From Flaccisagitta enflata (taxonomy: Eukaryota), in contig OZ231126.1 in NCBI GenBank assembly GCA_965153355.1, positions 22,382,001 through 22,446,000 of the forward strand: a DNA stretch of 64,000 bases. Direction: 5' to 3'. The first letter of the stretch is position 1, and each line of letters opens with the position of its first letter. Positions 13,303 to 26,376 of the stretch are shown piece by piece. The notes under the pieces were generated by a model. The model had not been told where the DNA came from and searched no databases. It worked only from the letters and a program-made list of their open reading frames with translations. Position numbers and translations under genes: made by a program.

Positions 13303-13920
13303 CAGTACCTTCCGAGCAAACCCGGCTAAAACTGGAGGATTAATTTTTGTTACTTTAATTTCATTTCCCAAACTTTATTTTTTGTATCTAACTTAATTAA
13401 AAGATACTTAATTCCTTGAACATATTTGGCTGTCAAAAAAAATAACTCGTGAAATCAAAGTGCATGAAGACATCAGAATTGAGTGTTTTGACCCAGACCA
13501 TTGGATTCGGCAGAAAATTTTACCTATCCTAGACTACAAGAACAGCTCAGTCAGACAATTATTTTAGATTTTATAGCCATTTCAAGTTTTTAAGGACAAT
13601 TGTCTCAAAATAATTTAGGACAATTGTCCTTAAAAACTTTAAATGGCCATATAATCTTAAATAGTTGTCTGACTGAGCTGTTGTTGTAGTCTAGGATAGG
13701 TAAAATTTTCTGCCAAATCCAATGGTCTGGGTTAGAACACTCAATTCTGATGTCTTCATGCACTTTGATTTCACGAGTTATTTTTTTTCACAGCCAAATA
13801 TGTTCAAGGAATTAAGTATTTTTTAATTAAGTTAGATACAAAAAATTAAGTTTGGGAAATGAAATTAAAGTAACAAAAATTAATCCTCCAGTTTTAGCCG
13901 GGTTTGCTCGGAAAGTACTG
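13303..13920. mobile_element. Fully palindromic Tc1/mariner-type MITE (618 bp)
   Basis: CAGTACCTTCCGAGCAAACCCGG ... CCGGGTTTGCTCGGAAAGTACTG; ~300-bp arms meet near 13610; TA on both sides. Confidence 0.92.
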
Positions 13921-14979
13921 TACATTCATCACTGAGACATATTGGCTCTCTCGCTGAATGTCCAATCATTCAACACCACACCAACAGACCAAACAGGATA
14001 TAGTAAAGAATTGAAATTTTACATTGGCAAGGTCATGGTCCATGAAAAATGACTCAGTGGAACTTTATTTCACTAAAGTGTGACTTCACAGTGGATTGCT
14101 TCCTGACTTTACATCCCACTTCAATAGAATTTAAATTACTTATAATTTTACCTAAATAGAATACAAAGTCACTCATAGTCTCGCCTTGGTCTGTTTCATT
14201 CCACCCAATATCACTTCATCCCACTACATATTGACATTATGAAGTAGTTATTCTTGATATCCTTAACAAAAATACTTAATGAGAAAACAAATTTTATCAA
14301 TCTTGCCTATCTTCATCTTTTATGAAAATATTGTTTGTTTTAATATATTTTTGTATATGTTTATGTTTATTTAACGTGTGTCTTATTCCTCTTTTACAGC
14401 CATAGGTATAAAGGAGCTTTGTCATCGGAAAAAAAGTCGAAGTTAGTCTTCGACTTTTTGACATATTCGAGAAAAATATGGTTTTCATTTTCTTATGAGG
14501 AAGTTATGAAACTCATCCGGCTGATTGGTGCCTCCGATGAAATTGGTAGTTTAAGTAAATTTGATAATTTTCTTTCATTTGACGCCAAGCAAAATGCTCT
14601 ACAACAAATCTTTTTCCTGTCATGATTTTTTAAAGATTTATTCACGAAAATCTCAAATTGAATTTTTTTTTATTTTTTATGATTTTAAGTAGGATCAATA
14701 AAGGAATGTATGTATGACAAGTGGAATAATATAGTATGTTTGTTTGAGCATGCAAATACCTGAAAACATGTCTATGAGCATAACTGCTCATCTGTGAGGG
14801 TATTTTTAAATATTCTAGCTCATTCAGCTCATTTAACTAGTTTTTTTTTCTTATTGTAAATAGGATAAATATATCAATGTTTTAATTGAGCATGCAAATA
14901 CAAGAAAGCATATCAGTAAGCATGGTTGGTTATCTAGTTTAGTGATTTTGAGTATTTTGGCTCATCTAGCTCATGTGTA

Positions 14980-15113
<134 letters not shown>

Positions 15114-15419
15114 TTCTTCTTCTTCTTCTTCTTCTTCTTCTTCTTCTTCTTCTTCTTCTTCTTCTTCTTCTTCTTCTTTTTCTTTTTCTTTTTCTTTTTC
15201 TTCTTCTTCTTCTTCTTCTTCTTCTTCTTCTTCTTCTTCTTCTTCTTCTTCTTCTTCTTCTTCTTCTTCTTCTTCTTCTTCTTCTTCTTCTTCTTCTTCT
15301 TCTTCTTCTTCTTCTTTCATCCTCTCTCCAACTGAGACAGTAATCTGATACAACTCTGCATCTCGTATATCTCCGTGTTCAGAGGCAATAAGCGTCTTTT
15401 TCCGAGGCTAGGAGCCAAT

Positions 15420-15523
<104 letters not shown>

Positions 15524-15623
15524 AGCCACCCATGCTTCTCACATCAAAACTACCACCACAACTACCTATGCGTCTTCCGACTTTACCACCCCAAACATCT
15601 AAACTCATCATCTCCAGCTTATA

Positions 15624-16196
15624 CAGTATGTTTATTCTCAAATGAAACGAAAGATGACAGCATAAATCCAAAACAAATTGAGATAATCAAATTCCAAAAA
15701 AAAATTCCTGAAAGAGTATGTCCTGGCATCTATTTGTGCAAAATCTTAGCCTTTGGGGTCAAATAGTTTAGCTTCAATCTGCATTTGAAGATGAATTATT
15801 ATTTGTTACTATTTCCCACGGGAGACAAAAGATGAAATTTTTAAATTTTGCTATTTTTTCAACAAAAATGGTAATTCTTTATCTCAACAGGCAATGTATG
15901 TGGTATTTCTGATAGCAGATAAGGTTTTTCTTGCTTACTGGTTCAAATTAACTAAAAAATCTCAAAAAACAACTTTTTTTTTACTGAAAATAGAAGAAAA
16001 TTAAGTGATATTGTGATTTTTACAATTTTGCTTTAAATGTGGATTGAAGCTAGACTAATTGAGATCTAAGGCTAAGACTTGGCACAAACAATTGCCAGAC
16101 CATACTCTTTCAGGAACTTTTTTCAAAATTTGATTAACTCAATTCATTTAGGATTTATGCCGTCATATTTCGTTTCATTTGAGAATAAACATACTG
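15624..16196. mobile_element. Tc1/mariner-type MITE with long (~170-bp) TIRs
   Basis: TA|CAGTATGTTTATTCTCAAATGAAACGAAA ... TTTCGTTTCATTTGAGAATAAACATACTG|TA. Confidence 0.88.
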
Positions 16197-16318
16197 TATT
16201 TGATAGTTCACCTGTCTCACCCTGCGACAAATTCCTCTTCAACCTTAACCCCCATAACCACCTCTACCACCACCTCTGCTTACACATCCTTCCTTGTAAC
16301 ACTTCCACCATGCACCAC

Positions 16319-16594
16319 CAGGGCTCGACAAAATTTTCAGCAGCCTACAAGCAAAATTTTTTTACCAGCTCCTGCCTACAAAATATACAAAAACATCTTT
16401 GTTTCTTTATATAAACAAGACATGAAGTTAATCATAATCTTTCCTAGGCAGAAGCTTTTTTTATGCTTCACTACAAACCTCTCTCTTTCTTCTTTTTTCT
16501 TAATTTTTTTCTATATTGAATTCTTGCCTGCCTATAAAATCAGCTAGCTGCCTACAAGCAATGCTTGCGTGCTTGGGCACTTTGTCGTACCCTG
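16319..16594. mobile_element. hAT-type MITE
   Basis: TIRs CAGGGCTCGACAAA / TTTGTCGTACCCTG; 8-bp TSD TGCACCAC / TGCGCCAC (one CpG-type mismatch); internal GCCTACAA repeats. Confidence 0.82.
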
Positions 16595-18321
16595 TGCGCC
16601 ACCATTCTTTCGCCTTCTTCACCACCAACTACCTTACCACCACTCGGCCGGTCTGGCCCCCGCGAGTCAATGACCCTCGAGTTTTTAACGATTATGAATG
16701 CGCCATCTGAAGGTGGCTTTATGAAGCCGGAGATGGTCGGCAACTCGGAGGGCCGAAGTCGAAAGATCGCCTCTCAGCCTCGGGAGCCTCATAGTCTAAA
16801 ACCATATCCATTTATCGGTTATGGTGCCCAGACATGGACCCGAAAATGTAATATGGATATAGACGATTTTTTCTTTGGTCTGAGGAGTCTTCATAAATGA
16901 CACGGATATTGGTTAGGAAGCGGTGTTCATGTTTATGAGGGTTATTTTGCGGTTAGATGGAACATGGTTGTATTGCTTTGATTTTTTGCCGACGGTAATA
17001 GGAAAACGAAGTTCAATGATGGCTTATTTCTAAGCGGCAGATACGTAACTTCTTGAAAATCAGGTGACAAACAATCTTAAATGTAAACTAGTTATATTGA
17101 TGGCCAATAAGTGCGCCTCGCTTGATTAAAAATTTGTGAATGAACGTTTTTCCTGAATGAATGAATGAATGAATGAATGAATGAATGAATGAATGAATGA
17201 ATGAATGAATGAATGAATGAATGAATGAATGAATGAATGAATTAATGAATTAATGAATTAATGAATTAATGAATTAATGAATGAATGAATGAATGAATGA
17301 ATGAAAATGAATGTGGTAAGGCATTAAGGGTGATAAGAATGAAGAAATACGTCAGAATCAGCCGTTTGCCGGACCGACCAACCACCCGCCGGACATGACC
17401 TCTTATAGAAGTGCGAGGACGCACTGAAAATCATGCAGATGACGCATCGAGTTGCCCAGGTAGGCTTGTTGATAACCTGCTCGTCATTACTTAATGATTT
17501 CTTTTCACTATTGTCACACCCTGTTGAGATAAAGCTATTCAAATGATGTATCATCGTCCTCAGCGCCGTCATCGTAATCGTAATCAGTCTGATGCTTCGT
17601 CATTTCTTTTAACTCTTATTTTTTTTTTTTTTTTCATTTTTCCTCTTATTTTTTTTCTCTCTTTCTTATGCAATATCAAGTTTTTAGTTGCGGACACGCA
17701 ACTCTATGAAAGGCTTTGTCCGTCCGTCCGTCTGTCCGTCCGTCCGTCCTTCCGTCCGTCCGTCCGTCCGTCCGTCCGTCTGTCTTCTGTCTGTTCGTCC
17801 GTCCGTCCGTCCATCAGCACGAGTCAAAAAGTGGAAAAACAAGAGTTTTAGAACATTCTTAGTTGCGGACAGTTGCATTTCCGCCCCTGCCCACCCATCC
17901 GCAACTGATGGCCGTGTATCCGGCCTTGTTTGTTCTTCTTCTTCTGAACTTTCTTCTATTTCCACCTTTATTTCCCCGTTTCATATTTCTTCATCTTTAA
18001 TTCTTCACCTTCATCTTCGCAATTCTATAACAGACTTTTCCCGAACAAGTCGAAAAATGGGGGAAAAGTTTTTAAGATGCTTGTGTGAGTGTATGGGGGG
18101 CAAGAGGTTTGCATGGGAGTTGGACGCCCCTGTTTACCCGTCCGCAACGATATTGTTACCCCGCGTCACTTGTCTCACTATTGAATCCGCCTACCACTTC
18201 CTTCTACGCCTCACTGGGGGGGGGGGCACAGCAACATTCGATGGTTGCGCTTCTTCCTTTTCTGCCTTTCGCCTCATCACCATAACCGTAAATGCGGAAG
18301 TAAAATCAGGAAACGACCGTC

Positions 18322-18481
<160 letters not shown>

Positions 18482-21254
18482 CACTGGAACAGTCGATAAA
18501 CCAGCTCGATGTCATGATAGGATTTCTTTATTTGCGCGATCAAACCGTAAACTTCTCCGTTAAAGAATGATAAAGAAGAGACGCTAAAAAAAGACTAGCT
18601 GGAGATAGAAAAGGAGAGAGAAAGAGGGTGAAGCCGACAGAGTGGCATGAAAATACACAAAAGAATCTTACACAATCCCACTGAGACCAATGCTCGTTTT
18701 TTTTTTCACGCCCTCCTTTACATGCAAACACGCGCTAATGGAGACTTGGACTCTGATTTGCACGTATTTTCGTTTTCATCCATGTTCACACTATGATTTG
18801 TCATAGTCGTGTGTGTCAAGCAGAAAGTGGCACAGAAGCCACAGCAGATCCTTTTGCTTCAATTGAGTCCGACAAAAATCATAGCAAGGGCAAGCACGAA
18901 ATAGAACAATTAGCATGTGTTCCACAACTTTTGGCACTGTGACACAGAAAGTAAAACCATGAATGGTCGCAAAAGCGTTACATGGTCAGCGGTACCCGTT
19001 GCCCCTATGTGGGTGTATGTAAGAATGAGCCGGTGAGAGGGGCAGCGGCTCCGGAGGGGCCGATGACCTATGAATTCAGGCCTTTTCTTAGTAATTTCTC
19101 TGAGTGGGCCAACCGGGCCCACTCCTCCAAATTTTAGCGCGCCCGACACGGGAACAGCGGGCCCGGTAAAATCTAATTAGCTCTATTTCTCAATTGTTGT
19201 AGCTTTTTTACAGGGTTGCCAAATAACACCAGCGTTTTTTCTTTGCTCTTTGATTGTAGCAAAAGGGAAAATGATAAGACCCCTGACATAATTAAGCGAA
19301 CTAGAAAAATGAGCGTAATTGACAGAAATAATGTATTTAGTAAGCTGAAATTTGACACAAAGAGAGCTTAAACATAGTATTTTCACAAACCGAAGCAGAT
19401 TTTCGACCCCGGGAAAACGTGTGGCTCTCCGTAAGTGATATGCAAAAAATGAAATGAAAGATTTTGGCTGATTTTGACATGGAAAGTTCAGATAATGAGA
19501 CAAAAGATACTTCCTTTAATTTTACCACCGAAAATGCAAGAAAGTATCAAATCTCAGGTTCTTGTATCGCTGACGGACAAAAATGAGTCCACAGTACCAA
19601 GATACAGTCAGTGGAAGCTGCGAAAAGTCGCAAAACCCCTTGTCAAATAGAATGGTTTTACCAAAAAATTTGAATTTCATTAAAACCTAGAATTTGTATG
19701 ATATCATTTGACAACTCTATTTGCACCTCTTGATTGACATAACTTGAACTATTTTTGTAAAACCCTCATGGAAATAACATGCTTTGATATCATCCTTATT
19801 CCTGTAACCTGGACCTCTGTTTGGCATTAAAGGCAATTGAGAAACAAGTCTGATTCCAGCCTGCCTAACTTGTCAGAGGTGTTAGTATTTCATCTGCTTT
19901 ATGAATTTTATATTGATCCCACAGCACTTTGAAGAAATGTGTTGAATGGCTAGTAACAGCTTAATGAGAGCAGGCTAGTCTTCATAATGTGAAAGGCTAT
20001 TAAATATGGTCCAATATATTGTTACTTTCTTAGATCAAATCATCTGATCTTCATAAGTCATCCAAAGACTGCATAGGTACAATTTTCTCCAGCTATTGTT
20101 TTCGTCGGCTGACCAATGGGCCTGACGAAACCAAATAGGATGCAGACGAGTCTGGCTGTAACAATTGAGGCCAGAGATAAGAGGAATGATTGTGCCTGGG
20201 TGAGATAACCCGGACACCGTTAATGAGGTTGATTCTGGGAAATACAGAGTGTCTGATTGGTGGGTCTGAGGTCACATTTAAGGAATATGAGGCAGGTTTT
20301 TTGGCTGGAGAGGCCATATTTGGTGTCTGAGAGGCTTGAATAGGGATCTGAGAGTCCTAATCAGTGTTCTGAGAGGTCCAATTTAGGGTCTCAAAGGTTG
20401 CATATTGCGGTTTCGCATTTTTCGCTCATAACTTGAGCGTTTCTTTTAGTAGCTGAATGAAACTCATACCTGATGTATATTCTAATCTAAGTCACAATCT
20501 TTAATACTTTTTTACTAGAATTGTACAAATTTGGCTTATTTCCTCATAATTTGGCTTTTTAAAACCATTTTTGAGCTCCTTAGGCATAACTCAAAATATA
20601 ATGAGTGCACTCAAATATCATTCCTAACATGGGCTACACATTTCTGCAAAAGTAATCATAGAAACAATAAAAGAAAAACTGTTTTTAAAGCAAAAACAGC
20701 AGTTTTTACCACAAAAAAACGTTTCTAATTTTATTGGCCAATATTTGACCAAAATAAATATCATATTCTGATTCTACACCCTTTTTAGGACCTCTGTGCA
20801 AAAAATTGGGGGTGGTGTCTTTTTTTTTTTTTTTTTTTAGAAATTTTCATCCTGGATTCCTGCCCGTAGATGGCGGAGGAATTATGAATTTTGAGCCAAA
20901 TTCATGCTTCAGGTAATCAGCCTAGCGGACACGCAAATCTATCAGGGCTTTGTCCAGCCGTCGGTCCGTTGGTCCGTCCATAGACGTGATCGGGTGGAAA
21001 AGTGGAAAAATGAGCGTTTTGGATACTTTCATGAATGTTTGTGTATGGAGTGGGGTTTGGGGTGTGGATGGGGGTCGGACGCCCCTGCCCACCAATCCGC
21101 AACGATATTGTGAACCCGCATCACTTGTTAAAATGAATTTCTCTTCTTATGTTGCAGTGCACAGGAACAGCAAATTAGGAAAATCGTTTCGCGTGAAATT
21201 CTTAATCTCTCTCTGAAAGTAAAATTTTGCATTTCTAAGCACAGCGTCACCATA

Positions 21255-22255
21255 CATAGACAAAGACAGCTTTGAGTGCCCTGAACCGCGACTGATGCAG
21301 AAGTGTCATATACCACTTGGGGAACACCAATCACCCGCTGGGAAATTTTTTCGAAGGCAAAAAAGTGATTTTTCCTTGTTAATATGCAACTCCTCTTTTG
21401 ATAAGATGTTGGTTTAATTCAATTGCCTTTTTTCAGAATGAAACTCAATTTGTTCAGCAACCCCTTGACCGATTAAGTTGAAATTTTACATGAATAAACG
21501 TCTTAAAAATGCTGTCAAACGAGTCCAATCCCAGCATTGTGGCTTTACTAGAAGATGATTTATGATTTTCTAAAGATTTAAAAAATATAACGATTTAAGC
21601 AAGAAGCTTTTGTATTTATTCTTCTTATCAAAGTGATATTAAAAGAAAATTTGCTTTAGATAATATAAATATGAAACACAAGGTCGTATACAAAGCTACC
21701 AATGTCACATGCGGGTGGGCAGGGGCAGTGATAAGAAAGGCTAACCCAAACATTTGGGCAGGAGCAGTAACACAAAAACCGCCCCAAATGCGAAAACGCC
21801 AAAATAGCTAGCACAGACCTACAGACTGATGGACCGACTGACCTCTTACGCATGCAACTAACAAGGCTGGATACAGGGCTACCCTAATTGAGTGGGGGTG
21901 GGCAGGAGCAGTGCCGGAGAAGGTCACTACGGCATCTGGGCAGGAGCTGTATGCTCAAAAAGCTCAAAAACAACAAAGATGAGAAAGCTGCTAAGATGAG
22001 AAAAAATCTATTATGTTACATACTGATATACTTAGTTCTTTGGAGAATATTCTTACCAAAGCAAAGATTGCTGGAACTGATCATAAAACGCATCTCAATT
22101 TGATTTTGGGCAATACAGCTTGTTTATCCTTCTCAAATTTTCTGACATCGATCACACAAGTCTTGCACAGGCCCACGCACACACACATGCACGAACACTC
22201 ACACACACACATATGGACATGACATCGAACACACATACATATGTGATTATAATGT

Positions 22256-22320
<65 letters not shown>

Positions 22321-23736
22321 CACACACACACACAAAGAGCAAATAGACATACACACATGCAATGCTGACCCTGCCATATGCCCAGGCTTGATCGTAATAT
22401 GATTCAGCAAACATTTCATAAATTTGGAATTTTTCCAGGCCTATGTAATATTGAAAAGGGTTTGGAGATGGGGAAGGAAGATGGGGAAGGAAATCAAAGG
22501 GGGAACAGGTCGCCCAAGGGCAATTTGTGGTCAGCAATACCCGTTGCCCTGCTTTACCTGATTGTGAATTAGTGTGAGGGGAAGCAGGGCAGCGGCCCTG
22601 AAGGGGACAATGTCCTGTAGAACACAGGGGGACTTTCGTTCGTCCTTTCATTCGTTTGTCCATCCGTCTCCCCCAGGCCTTCTCAGGCCTGAAATCTGCC
22701 CTCTCAGGCCTGAAATCTACCCTCTCAGGCCTGATTTCTGCCCTCTCAGGCATGACATCTGCCCTCTCAGGCTGAGAGGGTAGACGTAAGGCCTGAGAGG
22801 GCCTGAAAAGGCGGATTTCAGACCTGAGAGGGCGGATTTCACACCTGAGAGGGCAGATTTCAGACATGAGAGGGAAGATTCAAGGCCTACGAGGGCAGAT
22901 TTCAGGCCTGAGAGGGCAGATTTCAGCCGTGAGAGGGCAGATTTCAGGCTTGAGAGGGCAGATTTCAGGCCTGGGGGGGGACACTTGAACGCACAAAACT
23001 AACAGACGAAGGACAAACAAAAGTCCCCTCAGGCTCCCTCAGGGGCCGCTGCCTGCAAAAAGAAAAATAAATTAGAAAATGTATTTTTTTACAGTACTAG
23101 ATCATAAAACACAATTAGTAAAACACACACACACACACATACACACAGCAAATGGAAACACACACGGGTATGATGACGCATCCAAATCTTTGACGATGAA
23201 ATCTTGATAATGTTTATCAAAGTCTGCGTAAAGACTTTCATCCGCCAACTCCTCCAAAATCACAGTGCCATGGCCTGTAATATTGACACACCTTAAACAT
23301 GCATCAAGGCATACAGTGGAGACCATGTTTGTCACCCTTACTATATGATTCATATTTGTAGGATCAAGGCTAGACTCACGGGCTTAGTTGGCGCATCTGG
23401 CAAGACCAACAGTCTAACCAAGGGATGGTGCATCATATTAGGATGTTCATTATTGAACCAAAAAAGACATGTTTCTTGCAAGGATTTTCTGCATGTTCAC
23501 CTGTTTGCTGCAATTCCTCCGGTAAATGTTCGAGCAAGATATATAATTTTGTAATCATGTTCAAATCAAAATCAAACCAGGCGTTCTCAGAATCTTTCAA
23601 GTAGGTCATATAGCAAGGATCCAGTCCATAATCGAAACAGAAAGTGACTACTGCATCAAATGCTTTGAAAGCAGTCAAGTAGCGGTAATGTTCACCCCCC
23701 CCCTAACCTTTGACTTTTCGTCGCATTTTTATATCT

Positions 23737-23799
<63 letters not shown>

Positions 23800-25142
23800 T
23801 GTGCCTGTGTTTACATATGTATGTGTGTTCAATGTCATGTCCTTGTGTGTGACAGTGTTTGTGCATGTGTGTGCGCGTGGGCCTGTGCGAGACTTGAGTG
23901 ATCGATGTCAGAAATTTTGAGAAGAATAAACAAGCTGTATTGCCCAAAATCATATTGAGATGCGTTTTATGACCAGTTCCAGCAATCCTTGCCTTGGTAA
24001 GAATGTTCTTTAAAGAACAAAGTATATCAGTATGTAATGTAACAGATTTTTAGTCGCACGCGACACTACACCCCGCTCGGTCGGTCGGTTGATTGGTCGG
24101 TTGGTTGGTCGGTCGGTCAGTCCCCATTTTTTTTTATGTTTTTGCGGTCTTTGGCCTCACTGCACTTGCCCAAGTGCTTTAGTAACTCAAATACTGCCCC
24201 TGCCCACCCGCACGCGACTAAGGTAGCCGTGTATCCGGCCTTGTTTCTCATCTTAGCACTTAGCCTTAAAAACAACTCAATAGGAACTAAGCTCAAATGA
24301 TATGTGGAAAAGCAGTTTAAAGCATATTTCAAAGCTGACAAATACAATTTTCAGTCGCGTGCTACACAACTCTACACCCCGCTATGTTGGTCCATTAGTC
24401 GGTTGGTCGGTCGGTCCCCTTTTTACTTTTTCATCGTTTTTGAGTTTTTTGAGCATACAGCTCCTGCCCAGATGCTCTAGTGACCTTCTCCAGCACTGCA
24501 CCTGCCCACCCGGTCACAACTAGGGTAGCTGTGTATCCAGCCTTGTTGCATGCGTGAGAGGTCAGTTGGTCCATTGGTCTGTAAGTTCAGGCACTTTGGC
24601 TTTTGGCGACTCTAAATATTGCTCCGGCCCAAATGCTTGGGTTAGCCTTTCTTATCACTGCCCCTGCCCACCCACATAAATTTGGTAGCTGTGTTTACCA
24701 CTATGTACCTTGTATTTTATATTCATATTCAATTCATGTTATCTAAAGCAAATTTTCTTTTAATATCACTTTGATGAGAAGAATGAATACAAAAGCTTCT
24801 AGCTTAAATCGTTACATTTTTTAAATCTTTAGAAAATCATAAATCATCTTCTAGTAAAGCCACAATGCTGGGATTGGACTCGTTTGAAAGCATTTTTTAA
24901 GACGTTTATTCATGTAGAATTTCAACTAAATTGGTCAAGTGGTTGCAGAACAAATTGAGTTTCATTCTGAAAAAAGGCAATTGAATTAAACCAACATCTT
25001 ATCAAAAGAGGAGTTGCATATTAACGAGGAAAAATCACTTTTTGCCTTCAAAAATTTCCCAGAGGGTGACAGTGTTCCCTAAGTGGTATACACACCCTGC
25101 ATCAATCGTGGCCACTAGGCACTCAAAGCTGTCTTGCTCATG
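21255..25142. mobile_element. 3.9-kb foldback element with ~1.1-kb inverted arms
   Basis: 21255-~22330 is the reverse complement of ~23737-25142 (apart from an extra insert at ~24046-24350); termini CAT...ATG, each flanked by TA. Confidence 0.8.
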
Positions 25143-25466
25143 TACAGACGTTGTAAGAACATGGCCTCCTTTCTATATGTCTTAGAACAGGGCCATGTTT
25201 TTAGAAATGCAAATTTATGCATTCAGAGACAGATTAAGAATTTCACGTAAGACAAGTCAAGGAACGGAGGCTAATTTTCTTTTTTTTCTCATTTTTTTCC
25301 AACTGATTTTGAACACATCAATGATTCTCCATGCAAATAAATCAATGCTTTATACTAAAGATATGATTTTTTTTTTAAACAAATGTGAATTCATCACTTT
25401 ACTATCTTTCTAGAATATGATTTGACCGTGAAAATTGCCCCTTCGTGTGCACCTTGACATATCTAG

Positions 25467-25760
25467 TTCACGTTTATGAAGAGGAGGACTTAGTTTCACC
25501 TGATGCATCGCCAATTCAACAGATGTCACAAGTTCATGATATCTCAAACCTGGGTGAAAACAGCAACATGCCTCCTCATGAGGAATCATCTGGTGATGTC
25601 ATTAACCATTTCCCTACAAACGTCTCAACACTGGATAATTCAAATACCAACGCCTTAACATCCGTGAAGGATTTATTTTTGACTTTATATGCGGATCAAC
25701 AGGCATTTTACCTCTCCTTCCAATTTGGAGAGGCATTCTTTGGTTTTCATATTCGTTCAG
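25467..25760 (+). CDS. Candidate upstream exon of the SMB-7TM receptor
   Basis: Open frame (VHVYEEEDLV...GFHIRS) ending at a strong donor CAG|GTGAGT (25761) in phase 1, matching the phase-1 acceptor at 26376. The acceptor at 25465-25466 is tentative. Confidence 0.5.
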
Positions 25761-25816
25761 GTGAGTCTGGTCTCTGATTGCCAGAGGAAACCTCTTGATT
25801 CCTATGATACAACATA

Positions 25817-26290
25817 CAGTGGAATCCCACCTTAGTGGCACCTCTATTAAAGGGATATCCGCATTTAAGAGACAGCACTGTCTGGTCCCAAAAGTTTTCA
25901 GGCTTTTCCAATGTTAAAAAACCTCTATTTAACGGATATTCGGATTTAAGAGACAAACTTTTAATAATATCCCTTATATCAGGGGAAATTTTTGGTAAAT
26001 TTAATTATTTTTGACAAGAAAAAAATGGTATTTTGAGATAATTTTTAAGAAAAAATTTGTTAAAAAAATATGAAATATTTCCTGTGCCATGAATATCCTG
26101 CCATGAACTAAATCAATCATTATTGTTCAACATACTTAAAGCAAAAGGATGTGGGTACACTATGAATTTGGTAATCCTTTGTAACTAATATAAAAATCCT
26201 TAATAGAACATAAATTTAATTTAAGGGATTTCGGATTAAAGAGACAAAAATAGTCAGTCCCTAGAAATCCCTTAAACCGAGGTCCCACTG
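25817..26290. mobile_element. pogo/Tigger-like MITE in the receptor intron
   Basis: TA|CAGTGGAATCCC ... GGTCCCACTG|TA; repeated subterminal GGATTTAAGAGACA motifs. Confidence 0.8.
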
Positions 26291-26376
26291 TACATAGTTG
26301 TTGTGATAGTTAGCAACAAGTTGAAAATACTCAAACATTGAAAAAGTCAGGATATCATTTCCTTCAATTTCAACAG

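Noticed and set aside
20034-20230. C-type-lectin-like exon (FSSYCF...DA...C) upstream of the GPCR
   Set aside because: In-frame stops and too little motif support
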